From Azolla caroliniana (taxonomy: Eukaryota; Plantae; Polypodiophyta): DNA of 64,000 bases. Every line of letters starts with the position of its first letter. Position 1 is the stretch's first letter. A program made the position numbers and the translations under genes. The notes under the pieces were generated by a model. That model was not told the DNA's origin and searched no databases. It saw only the letters and a list, made by a program, of their open reading frames with translations. Shown piece after piece: positions 53,641 through 64,000 of the stretch. The stretch is taken from NCBI GenBank assembly GCA_043228905.1, contig JBHGNT010000021.1:8184001-8248000 (forward strand), given 5' to 3'.

Positions 53641-55472
53641 ATAATACTATTCACGACAGGAGCCTTCCCGCGGTTCGTTGTTGGGCATTGTGTAGCGTAG
53701 TGATCAGGTTGGTTGCACTTGAAGCAGGTAACGGTAGCCGAGTTGTTGGTGCCAGCCCGACCTGTGTGTGTGGGGGGGGTGCGGTTGATTCCCGGCCTTG
53801 TGTGTTGGTGGGTTGGTCCAGGGCGCGTTCGAGCTGCGCGGTTCATTTTGCGGGGGGTCCCGACGACGGTTGTCATTATTCCTTCTGTTGTTGTGTGATC
53901 CTCGGTGAGAGTTGCGCCGGTCATTACGGGAATTTCTCTGATCGTATCGGTCATCCCGATCATCGTCATACCGATCATAATCGTTGTTTGCTCGATATTG
54001 GTCATCGTGATAGTGATCATGGTGGTCGTCCGATCTCCGTCGGTTGTCGTTTCGGTAACGGTCGTCATCCCGACGGTAATCGTCGTTACGGTGCCGCCTA
54101 TCCGGCGATCGGGGTCGTTGGTTATCCTGTTTCTGGTAGGATTGTCGCTCGTCCTGACGAGAGTATGTATCCCTGGGCCCGATCTGGTGAACCGGGGCCG
54201 TCGTTGTGCAGTTGAGCATATTGTATTCACATTGCTCGACAATGTGAGATCGGGACTGGCAGATCGGACACTGTGGCCGGTGAGGACATTCGAGAGCCAG
54301 ATGGCCCAATCCCGAGCAAACTGTGCATTGGAGGGGTTGGCGGAAGCGATTGTCCTCCTGGGGAAGGGTGCTTTGCAGTGAACTCATAGAGAAATCCGTG
54401 CTTTGCTGTGTCCGATCGAGGGCGAGGATGCACGCTATGACTTGCTCGATCGTTTGGTTGGCAAAATTAGTAAGTGCGAGAGTCGTCCGTAGAGGCTCCC
54501 GTAAGCTGGACAGGAATGCGTCCGGAATGTGCTGTGCAGAGACATCGTCAGCCACTTGTCTGTAGAGATCCTAGAACCGGATCGTGAACTGTGCGACCGT
54601 CTCGTGCGGTTCATGTCTCATGGAAAAGAACTGTTGGAGCAGTTCTCGTTTGGGCACCTCGTGATGGAATAGTTCTAGGAACAGCGTGCGAACGTCGTGG
54701 AAGGTGACAAACTCCCCTGCGTCGAGGCGAGAATACCATCGCACAGCTGGTCCATCGAGGGATAGCGTAAACTCGGCGATTTTTGAGGCCTTGATTTCGG
54801 CAGGCGAGAGTCGCTGCGTTGAGTGGTTGGCCTGCCAGGTGGACACAAAGGCACGGATGTGCGACTCTGCGTCGGGGCCGTCGGTGTATCGTGGGTAAGG
54901 ATACGACATGGTATCGAAATCTGGATCTTCCGGTAAAACCAGAAAAGGGTTAGGGTAGGGTGGGTGACCTCTGGAGGGTTTGGTGGAGAGGTTGGTGTGC
55001 AATCAACTCGCAATCGAGTAGCAGGTGGTGAGGTTCGCAACTGGTGAGCCTCCGATATTTCTTGGAAAGACTGGTCCGTGACTACCGAGTCGGAAGTTCC
55101 TTCGATTGGCTCAGGGCGTCGGCCAGATGGCTGAGACCGCTTGGTACGATTGGGCGCCGTAATGGCGGCTGAAGGTTGCCTTCAACGTAGTTCGCGGGGA
55201 TCTCACAGTTGTAACCGGGCGTGGCAAATTGTGTTATCCGTTCCGTTGGAAACACCTTCGATATGCCTATAGGCTATCGGTATCAAGGGAAGTGTAACGT
55301 GAAGACTTGTGCACGGAGGCATCGTTAGGGGAAGAGAATGGAGAGCATACCCGGAATATAACCCGGGCCGTATACGTAGTTGAGATCGTAGGAACGACGG
55401 TACATAGATGAAAACAATAAGAGCTAATAGGTATGTATTACTGCAAACAGTTATCGATTATTACAAAACCGT

Positions 55473-55549
55473 GATTCTCGAAGATCTACTGCCGGTTTTT
55501 CTTTTATAATGGCAGGAGCAGCCGTGACGTGGCAATCGAAAAAACAAGA
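55473..55549 (+). mobile_element. Small copia RNase H fragment
   Basis: Translates DSRRSTAGFSFIMAGAAVTWQSKKQ. Confidence 0.7.
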
Positions 55550-55574
55550 ATATTTGACCTCCGAAGATGATAAT

Positions 55575-55608
<34 letters not shown>

Positions 55609-55611
<3 letters not shown>

Positions 55612-58606
55612 TCACTCCAGCCATCATTTTTTACATTCTATATCTCATTGGAAAGCTCTTTCAGAGAGCTTTCTAAGGAATGTTCATTTACTGAATTCCG
55701 TTACCATGGTGAGAAGTTATGAGCATTTTCGTCCACATCCATCTTTGTGGCATGGCTCCTCAAACGCAAGGTAGATTTTGAAGCCCTAAATCAAGTGAAA
55801 GGTACATTTTCTCTCTCCCTCTCCCCCGCTCTCTCTTCTCATAGGGTTTGATCCTACAATGGCACACACTCGTAAGGCCGCCTCAAAGTTCGGGAGTATG
55901 ATTGATAATGAACCGAAATCACTAACAAATGTTGATTCCAACGCAATAAACACAATGGACAAAATGCTTATGAGTCACTTGATTTCTCTTCAAGAAACCA
56001 TAAACAAGCAAGGTGAAGAGATTAGGATGTTAATGAAAGAGAATGCTAAACTCCAAACTATTGCCATTGAGAATGAAATTCTTAAGAAAGTGGTTGCAAA
56101 ACTTGAAGAAGAGATTCAAGAATGTAAAAGAGCTTCTTTCGAAACAAATGAGTGCCTTAATAAGATTGAGTTAAAGGAAGCATTAAAAGAAGAAAAATTA
56201 GACACAATGATGTGGGATGTAAGTGAGATGAAAAATGTATGTACAATGAAATCATGGGCCGATGTATGTGGTGGGGATGGGGTATCAAACTCATCTAATA
56301 TGCATGTGATGCATCAAGAGAAGAATATAGACAACATAGATGTACGAGAATTGAAAGAGCGTTGTCGGGCCTTTCGCTCCGGATCGTTTGCGTGAGTCTG
56401 GTGGGAACTGCTGGGGTTTTGGACTAGGAGAAAGAAGAATATGAGATAAGGTTAGTTATGAATAGATTGCAAGATGAAGATATGAATCTCGTGAATCCCA
56501 CGAGTATAGTGTATTAATGGATACTTAGATTGTAAGAGAAATATAGATAGCAAAATGGTGAATCCCATGAATATTTTATATTAATCCACCCTTATAAAAA
56601 ATCAACAACCCTTATACATCTTTCTCTGAGTCTAAGTTTATCACATGCAAACATCATGCTTTTTCTAACTTTAGCTTTCATGCACACTACATGTGCATGA
56701 TTAGCTTTCTATCACATCTTTTCTTTTAACTCGAGTGTGTATGCATGAATAACTTTTTCTATCATGCTTATCTAGAATATTTACATGGGATAAAGTTTAG
56801 TATAACTTTAAAACTTATAATATGCTAGTATAGTGGTAAGTCTTAAAATCGTTAACATGGAGGTACAGGGTTCAAATCTTGCCCTATGCATGTAACATAA
56901 TTATTTTAGTATTTCTCCTATTTCTTTATACTTAGTCAATTGGGTACTCCACATATATTTTATGTAGTGTACAAAGTACACCACGACAGCGTGAACGAAG
57001 ATCAAAGAACATTGTTATCCGTGGGATTAAAGAGGAGAGTATGGAAACACCCGCTTCCCTTGGAAAGGCCATTGGTGAATTTTTTAGCATGCATTATGGG
57101 ATGTCGGGTGTGAATGTATATGGGGCACACCGAGTTGGGAAACATGGTGTTACTCACTCCGGAGAAAGGCCTATTGTATGCACAATGACGGATGATACAA
57201 AGAGGCGGATCATACTCGAAAATAGTTGGGTATACCTCAAAGGTACGCGATGCTTTGTGAGTGAAGATCATACTATCTCACAAAAAAATGTCCGTCATAA
57301 ATCATATGAAGAAAGATTGAAAAATAAGTTTAAGGATGTGCTTAAAGATGGAAATGTAGGCAAATAGGGACACGTGACCTATGAGACTAAACCATGTCTT
57401 TTACGACTATGTTTTTGGAATTGCAATGGATACCCATGGAATGCGGGATTCGACATAGAGGAGTTCATCGATGACTCGGATATCACACTTGTTGAAACAT
57501 GGGAGCATGATACTCAAAGGATTCAAGGTTTAGGAAACTATAATGTACACTCTTTAATATGGGAGAAAAATCCAAGACAAAGAAGAGGACAAGGAGGGGT
57601 GGCATGTTTGATTAAGAAGGAAATAGAGAAATATGTTTCAATCGTAAAAAATGGTGAACATAAATGCTACATATGGCTCAAAATAGAAACACCTAATGAT
57701 TTGCCCACTTTTGTTGTTGGATGTTACATTCCTCATCAAGATTTTAATTTCTATGCTTGTTTGGATAAAGATCAACATTTTGCAAATCTAGAAGATGATA
57801 TTGCTTATTTCAAATCCAAAGGGGAAATTATTGTCTTTGGTGACATGAATGCTCGTACAAGAAGTTTCCAACTTGATTCACAAGAATCTTTCATGCCACA
57901 TATCTAAAAGATGCAAGAGGATATGCAAATGTATAGTCGATCTTCTAGCAATGAAAAAGATCCGGACCAATTTGGGAAACTACTCCTACAAATGTGCAAT
58001 AGTACCGGATTGCTTATTGCAAATGGTGTTTCCTTATGGTCCAATACTAACGGCTTTACATGTAGAAAACACAATGGAAATAGTGTGATTGACTATGTGC
58101 TACTTTCCGAAGGTATTTTGGATCGTATACATAAATTCTCACTGGGGGAATGGACACCAGAATCTGATCATAGGAATTTATGTATTGATCTCAAATGTAT
58201 GCATAGGTTTGATTGCGAGAAGGTCGTTGAAGATAGTAAACAAACGCACTTGAGCATGAATCTTAAGCGAGCGCCCATGTATTCCAAGATGGTTGAGGAT
58301 ATGTTACAAATGACAAAGACACAACATGGTGCCACACTAGAATGCAAATGGGAAGCTTTTAAGAATGTCGTTCTCTCTTGTACAAACAAATGTTTTTTGA
58401 CCAACCGCACATCATGGAAATGCACCAAGAAATGTAAGAAAAAATGGTTTCATAAAGAATGTCATGAAGCTCGAAAGTGCGTTATGGTTTTGGATGTAGT
58501 TAAGGATAAAGAAAATTACCAAAAGCATTTGCATAACTATAAAAGGCTTATACAAAGAAAGAGACGAATATGGGAAGTTACTCAACAACTTCTCCAAACA
58601 CAAGAG
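55609..58606 (+). mobile_element. LINE 5' half (RTEX-like): ORF1 55859-57367 split by a solo LTR; ORF2 AP-endonuclease from 57374, cut by element I
   Basis: Coiled-coil ORF1 rejoining as ELKERERRSKNIVIRGIKE; APE motifs FWNCNG, LVETW, GGVACLI, GDMNAR, SVIDY, SDH, KKWF..EC. Confidence 0.9.
56363..56988 (-). mobile_element. Solo LTR-like insert (626 bp), 4-bp TSD, same terminus class as 9965-10373
   Basis: TGTCGGG..CACGACA; TSD GCGT (56359-56362, 56989-56992); removal restores the ORF1 frame. Confidence 0.9.
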
Positions 58607-61600
58607 TGTTACCCTTAGGTTGGACAAGCCCTAACATAGGGTGTCCCTATGGAACACTTCACCAAAGGGTGGTACGATGAGATATGGATAGACCGTGGTA
58701 TCGAATGGGTCTTAACCGATTACTAACCGACATTGTTAATGATCGTAACACACGCGTAAGATTAATTATATTAAGCATAGAACGGTAACCAAATAGACAC
58801 TAAACAATATGTAAAATAGTAGTGCTTCTATTAATTATCCGTCGTTGATTACATTCTTGCCGGGTCCTTCTATCGGTCTCCGTCTGAGTTACAAACCGGT
58901 GCCAACCGACAACTGGCAACGATCCGGTCCGGATCCGAATCGGCATACCGATTCTGGGTCCGTTCGCCTGCTTCTCAAAATAACATCATAGTTATTAATT
59001 ACAACTCCCTATCCCTAATTAAATACCCCTTTCACATTCTGGACTCTAACTAGCCCTTTGCCGTTGTCGGGCCAACACATGGCACGCCCGTGGGACAGTA
59101 CATTGTACGTCGAACCCACGGTTAGCCCTTTTCAATCGTCCATCAAAATGTCTAGAATGCTTTGGTCCAAGGGTTCTACAGGTTCTTTGGGTAGTTGCTC
59201 CGTTTGTTGTGGTGGTTGTTGTTGTTGTTGCTCTCCGGCCTGCTCCTCCTTTCCGACTCCAGTCCCTTCCGGGCTTCCGTCTCCGGCTCATCTGTTCTAG
59301 GCTGCTCCTGCTCCTGACGTTCGGCTTGCACTGTCTCTTGCGGGTTGGTTACCTTCGACTGCTCCTCTTAAGCTACATTTGGTTGGCTCCCTCCGATTTC
59401 GACTGCATTCAGCGTCTGTTCCAGAGATTGATCTTTGTCACTAATGTTAATTGCCGCCGTTCTTCTAGGCGCCATTTGCCGTGTCCGCTCTCGTTCATAT
59501 CACTCGAACTGGAGTTGGGTATCCAACTGGTCGTCATCCAGCTGTTCCACCAGCCAGCCAACCGCCACCAATTGCTCTCCGGCCAAAGACAGGAAGTCAT
59601 CCGATAACTCCTCCCGTATGGTCACAATGCTTTCCGCGTCCAGTTTGTAGAAGTTATCGTCGTCCTTTTGCTGGTTCTCTGCATCCGCTCGTAGGACCTC
59701 CAACTCGGCTGCCTGCTTTGCCCATTTGGACCATCACTTTACTAAACTTTCTTCAACTAACCTCTTCATCTGGTCCCTCCATGACAGTACAATGTCTCGA
59801 ATACGGCCAAGTCCCATCTTTGACTTATCCTCCGTGGCCTGCTTTTCATCCTTTAATTGCTTTATGAGGATCGTGGTTGCCTTAGCTTGTCCGTGATACT
59901 GCATCAATTGCGTCTGATAAGTCGTCTAAACTTTGTTCAGAGCCATCTTTGCTTGTTCCATCTCCTCATTATGTTGCCGGGCAAGCTCCATTCTGTCCTT
60001 CGCCGCTTCTGCCAGCATCTTTGTCACTTCGACTCCCTTGGTCCTTTCTTCCGCCAATGTCGTTGCCATCCTGTTGACTTCATTCCGGAGTTTCTACATC
60101 TTCTCTTGCTGCCGGTCACCTTCTACCATCAATTTCTTGTGTTCCGCCTCTAGGTGCTTGTGATCCCGGTGCAACCTGTCAAAATCCTCCGTTTTTTGTT
60201 TTAGCTTCTGATTGACTTGGTGTCGGGCCCGGTCCTCACGGTCCTTTTGTTGTCGGAGTTCTTCTTCGAGCTGCTCGATCTCGACTTCCGCCGATTGCCG
60301 GAGTTTGTCCTTTTCTTGCAATAGTTTTTCTTTTTCTTCCTTCAATCGGTCATATGCTTGGTGACCCTTCCGTAGATTGTCTTCGGATTTTCGGAGCTTC
60401 TCTGCCGTTTTCCGTTGTTCCTCCTCCGCCGCCTTCTTTAGGTTTCGTTCTCTAACCCTTAAGGCCTCTTGGGCTGCTAATTCCTCTCTAAGAGTGGTGA
60501 GTTCTTGTTCTTGTGCCTTATTTGTATCCGGCGCTACTTCAGTTACCGACGTCTCATTGGTTTGTACATTCACTAGAGCCACCAGTTCTGGTAGTATTGA
60601 TCCTTCTATGACCTGCTTGGCTGCCTCTGCTTTGGCCTGCGCAATTTCTTCTTCCATGAACCGGATCCTCGACCGGGCCTTCTCAAGTTCTTCGGTTGTG
60701 GCGAACAACCAATTCCCCTATGCTCTCTCCTCGATTTCTATTTGGCACACGACCCCGACCACCTGCTCATTGATCCACCATAGCCATTCACTGTCAGTGC
60801 CTTGTTGTCGTACTGGTTCTGGTTGTGGTGTGGCCTCTATTCTCGTCGGAAGCCCTTTTTGGAATGTTGACTGTAGCGACAACTCCTGCTCTTGCTGTGC
60901 CTGTTGCCCAGTGATGTAGGCAATTCGATTACCGGTTCTTGGACCACCGACACTGTTGCTTCTTGCCACATCGGTAACTCTTTCATCGGTTCTGGTTGAA
61001 CCAATTCTGCCTCCTTCCTTGGCTCCGGTCCCGCGGAACGGGGTGTCGGTGCGTTGTCCTTCACTGGATCTGATTCGTCCCCCTTCTACTCTGCATCGCT
61101 ACGCTTCTGGTGACGTAGGAGGTTATCGATGGGGTCTTCCTCCTCCTCCTCCTCTTGGGTTTTGATATTGATCTTCGTTGCCAAGGGGTCCGGCTCTTGT
61201 TCCTGTCGGCGCAACTTGATTTTAAGAGGCCTTATTGGTGGCTCCACTGGTGTCTCTGTCTCTACATGTTGCTTCCGGCTAGGCGGTTCTTTCCCTTTCT
61301 GCGAGGTATTGCGCTCTTTCCATCTAGGCGTGTGCTTGGCCAGGAGTTGTTGCCGTTTTCAAGGTTTGTTGGGCGTGGTCTCCGTTACTTGAACCCGCTT
61401 CTTAGTCTTTACCGGATCCACCGGGGGTGCCAGGAGATTCAACCATTGAGCCACGACCGTCCATACTTTCTTGTCATTCTACATTGATTCTATCGCCGTG
61501 CGCAAGCAATCGACGATGATTACCGGCCAATCCACTTGCACCCCTGTGTATGTAGCAATGATGAAACCAGCTTTGTTCTTTGGCATTGTTGGGAGTCGGG

Positions 61601-64000
61601 GGTACACGAACCCATACTCGTGGAAGACACCAACCACTTCTCTGAATAGGGGGTCCTCGCTGCCCTGTGTCCAATGACCCTTACTGGCAAGGGAATACTC
61701 ACTAAAAAACATGGTTAGCATTTCAGGAGAGGGGTTCTCGATGGAGTAGATGCCCCCTTCCAACAATCCGATCAGAGCGCAGACGGCTTCCTTCGTTATG
61801 ACTTCCGTGTCAATTTTATGCACGACTTCTTCTACCTCGTCGTGCGGCGGTGCCTCTGCTATCCTTAGGAAGCCTCCCAACCCATGTTGGTTGAACCCAC
61901 TTCATGGCTATTTTGGAAAGTGCCATAGGTTCCATCTCGTCGTCTAGTGCTGCGGGGGTAGGTAGGGCCGATGTGCTTGTATGTGCTTCTTGCGTCCGTC
62001 TGCTCACTTGTATTGTCCTTTGTGCGCTCAATGCTCTGTGTTTGCTAAATGAGAGAGACTCTACGAGGTGGAGGTTTCGTGTTCCCATGCTTGGCGCCTT
62101 TTCTCAATTCCTGCGCATGCACGTCGTGTACTATAATAGCAACTGTGTGACACGTGGTGCGCTTTAACTAGGCTTTAAATAACCAACTGCACACCTTTTC
62201 GAGGTGGCCGTTCAGTCCTTGTTTCTGCATGATGATCTCTTTTCCTTCTTTTTTTTTTTTAGTTCCAGTTACCCGATAACCACGGCTCCCTTGTCTGTTT
62301 TTCTTCATGGTTGCCGGCGAACTGCTTGCCACTGCCTATTTCCGCATTGTTTTGCGGTTGATGAAATGGGTTCTGTGGCATGGGTTCATTATATGGTTTA
62401 AGTCGGAACCTATTTACCCACCGTTCTAGCACCTCGCAGGTTAGCGTTCCCAGTTGATATGAGCCCTTCAACTCTCGCGTTATCCAATATGGTCTAGTCC
62501 ACTAGAACCATAGCTTCCCCGACATCTTGCCCATCCGGATCTGGAACACTAGTATCGGTTTGCCGATTCCAAACATCTTCTCCTTACCCTTCCGGTGGCG
62601 GTCGACGAATACTTTCCTTCGTCATTGCTTGAGATCCATTTGCATTAGGCTCGCTATTCGGTGCTCCTCCAGCTCACATAGTGTTGCTAACCGGATTTTT
62701 TCCGACTCCTTCTCACTTAGCCGCTCCCAGACCTATTTCCGTAAGCTTGGAATCTGGAATTCTATTGGCTCCCGGACATGTATCCGTAAGCAATGTGCGA
62801 CTGGTCACCCCAAAGACGCATTTTGCCAGGTTTAAGCTTAACCGGTATCCTCTGCACTTTTCTACGCATAACCTGAGATGGTCGAGATGTTCCCCTTTCC
62901 GGGAAGTCATCCAAGAATACTTGCATAAATGTCGGTATGAATTCTCCAAATATTTCCATAATAATCCTCTGAAAGGTTGACGGTGCCATCTTGAGACCGA
63001 ACATCATTACAACTGCTACAAAGACTCCCCATTTTGTCACGAACGCCGTCTTTTCTTGATCGTCCGGGTGCATCCTTATTTGGTTATATCCGCTGAGACC
63101 ATCGAGGAAGCTATAAACCTCGTGCCCGGCTACCGCGTCTAAAACTCCATCCGTAAATGGAAGCGGAAATGCGTCGGTGACCGTTGCCGTGTTCAATTTC
63201 CGATAATCCACGCAAACACGGATCTTGCCATTCTTCTTTAGCACTACGACAATTGGACTTAGCCAAGTGGCTTTCTTCACCGGCCAGATAAAGCCGACCT
63301 GGAGTAGCTTGTCAATTTCCTCATTTACTCTTGCCGCGTTGTTTGGGTTCATCCGATAGCGTCGTTGTGCCACCGGCTTAGCGTCCTTGCTGAGGTGAAT
63401 CTAGTGCTGATAGAGTTGGGAGTCAAGTCCCCACATATCTTCGTAAGACCAGGAGAATACGTCCCGGAATTCTTTTAATAATGTTATCATTGCCGATTTC
63501 TCTTCCGATGACATCTCCTTGGCCACGTGTACCAGACATGCTTCCTCTCCGGTGCCCAAATTTACTTCTTCTAGTTCGGACGCCTTTACTCATTGGGATA
63601 CCACCATTTCCCGTTCCAAGGCCTCCTGTGCTTGCCGCAGTTCTCGGATTGCATCCTTATCCGGTTCCTCACCGGCCTCTTCCGTTTGCACAATGTATGG
63701 AGATACTACTTCTGCCACGTCCACCTCAAACAGAGGGACTATCCTTGGGTTCTCTTCAAGGTAGTGATCCACCTCCTCGTCGGCCAGTCCTACTAGTATG
63801 TTCACGCTTTCGGCATATAGTGGGGTTACGTCTTTGTCAGGGCCTGCTTGTAGTTGCGTGGGTACTCTTACTTTCGTTTTCCCTCTTCGGAACGCAATAT
63901 TGTTCTTCTGCCAATTATGTTTGATATGGGCAGTCCTCAGCCATGGTCGTCCCAACTGCAGTGGGTATGCCCCTTTTGCGTTCAACTAGAGGACTACCGC
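58607..64000 (-). mobile_element. Athila/Tat-like gypsy element I, 3' part: RT (63989-62800), deletion to the integrase C-terminus (about 62790-62400), long extra ORF, LTR 58607-59077
   Basis: LGRPWL, CVDYRKLN, YSFLDGLSGYNQI, FLDDF; LTR termini TGTTACCC..GGGCCAACA. Confidence 0.85.
59178..62088 (-). pseudogene. Extra 3' ORF of element I (globular N-terminal domain, low-complexity linker, long coiled coil), broken into several frames
   Basis: Consecutive minus-strand ORFs 61816-62088, 61479-61880, 60837-61064, 60718-60969, 60094-60708, 59500-59703; TATTTAAA about 90 bp upstream of the ATG. Confidence 0.7.

Larger units (their letters stand above)
42611..55472 (-). mobile_element. Athila/Tat-like (non-chromovirus) gypsy element H, decayed and interrupted by G
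   Basis: Partial 5' LTR from about 55232; PBS-like TGCCACGCCCGGT 55213-55226; gag with CCHC knuckles 55000-53641 resuming at 46622; RT YSFLDGFSGYNQI/FLDDF; RNase H DAS..NYSTTERE; integrase WGLDFVGP; start of a 3' extra ORF at 42752. Confidence 0.88.

Noticed and set aside
53619-54565. Several long overlapping ORFs in the H gag region as separate genes
   Set aside because: They are shadow frames of a GC-rich, RD-rich low-complexity gag segment.
56826-56890. Functional tRNA gene (also at the other A/B-box sites)
   Set aside because: I could not fold a proper cloverleaf with an anticodon arm; only promoter-like boxes are supported.

Overview
Repeat-dominated land-plant nuclear DNA. A non-seed plant (fern, lycophyte or bryophyte) is inferred from the TE lineages but is not proven. 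There is one intact host gene: psbP (photosystem II 23-kDa oxygen-evolving protein), minus strand, 4 exons, 36079..33489, 279 aa. Both flanks are nests of Ty1/copia, Ty3/gypsy (Tcn1-like and other chromoviruses, Athila/Tat-like) and LINE elements. Many can be bounded to the base by TG..CA termini and target-site duplications. The most unusual signals are: (1) tRNA-like A-box/B-box cassettes lying antisense in the U3 of several unrelated LTR families; (2) a split tRNA-Arg-complementary site, apparently replacing the PPT, beside the 3' LTR of an Athila/Tat-like element; (3) a Tf1-style self-priming signature in a Tcn1-like chromovirus; (4) a very young chromovirus with TG..TA ends and a single nonsense codon; (5) a LINE tied to (CT)n tracts; (6) an unclassified element with palindromic TAGCTAATTAGCTA arrays carrying a spliced unknown gene. 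All calls were made by eye, without database searches. Boundaries lacking a TSD are approximate.
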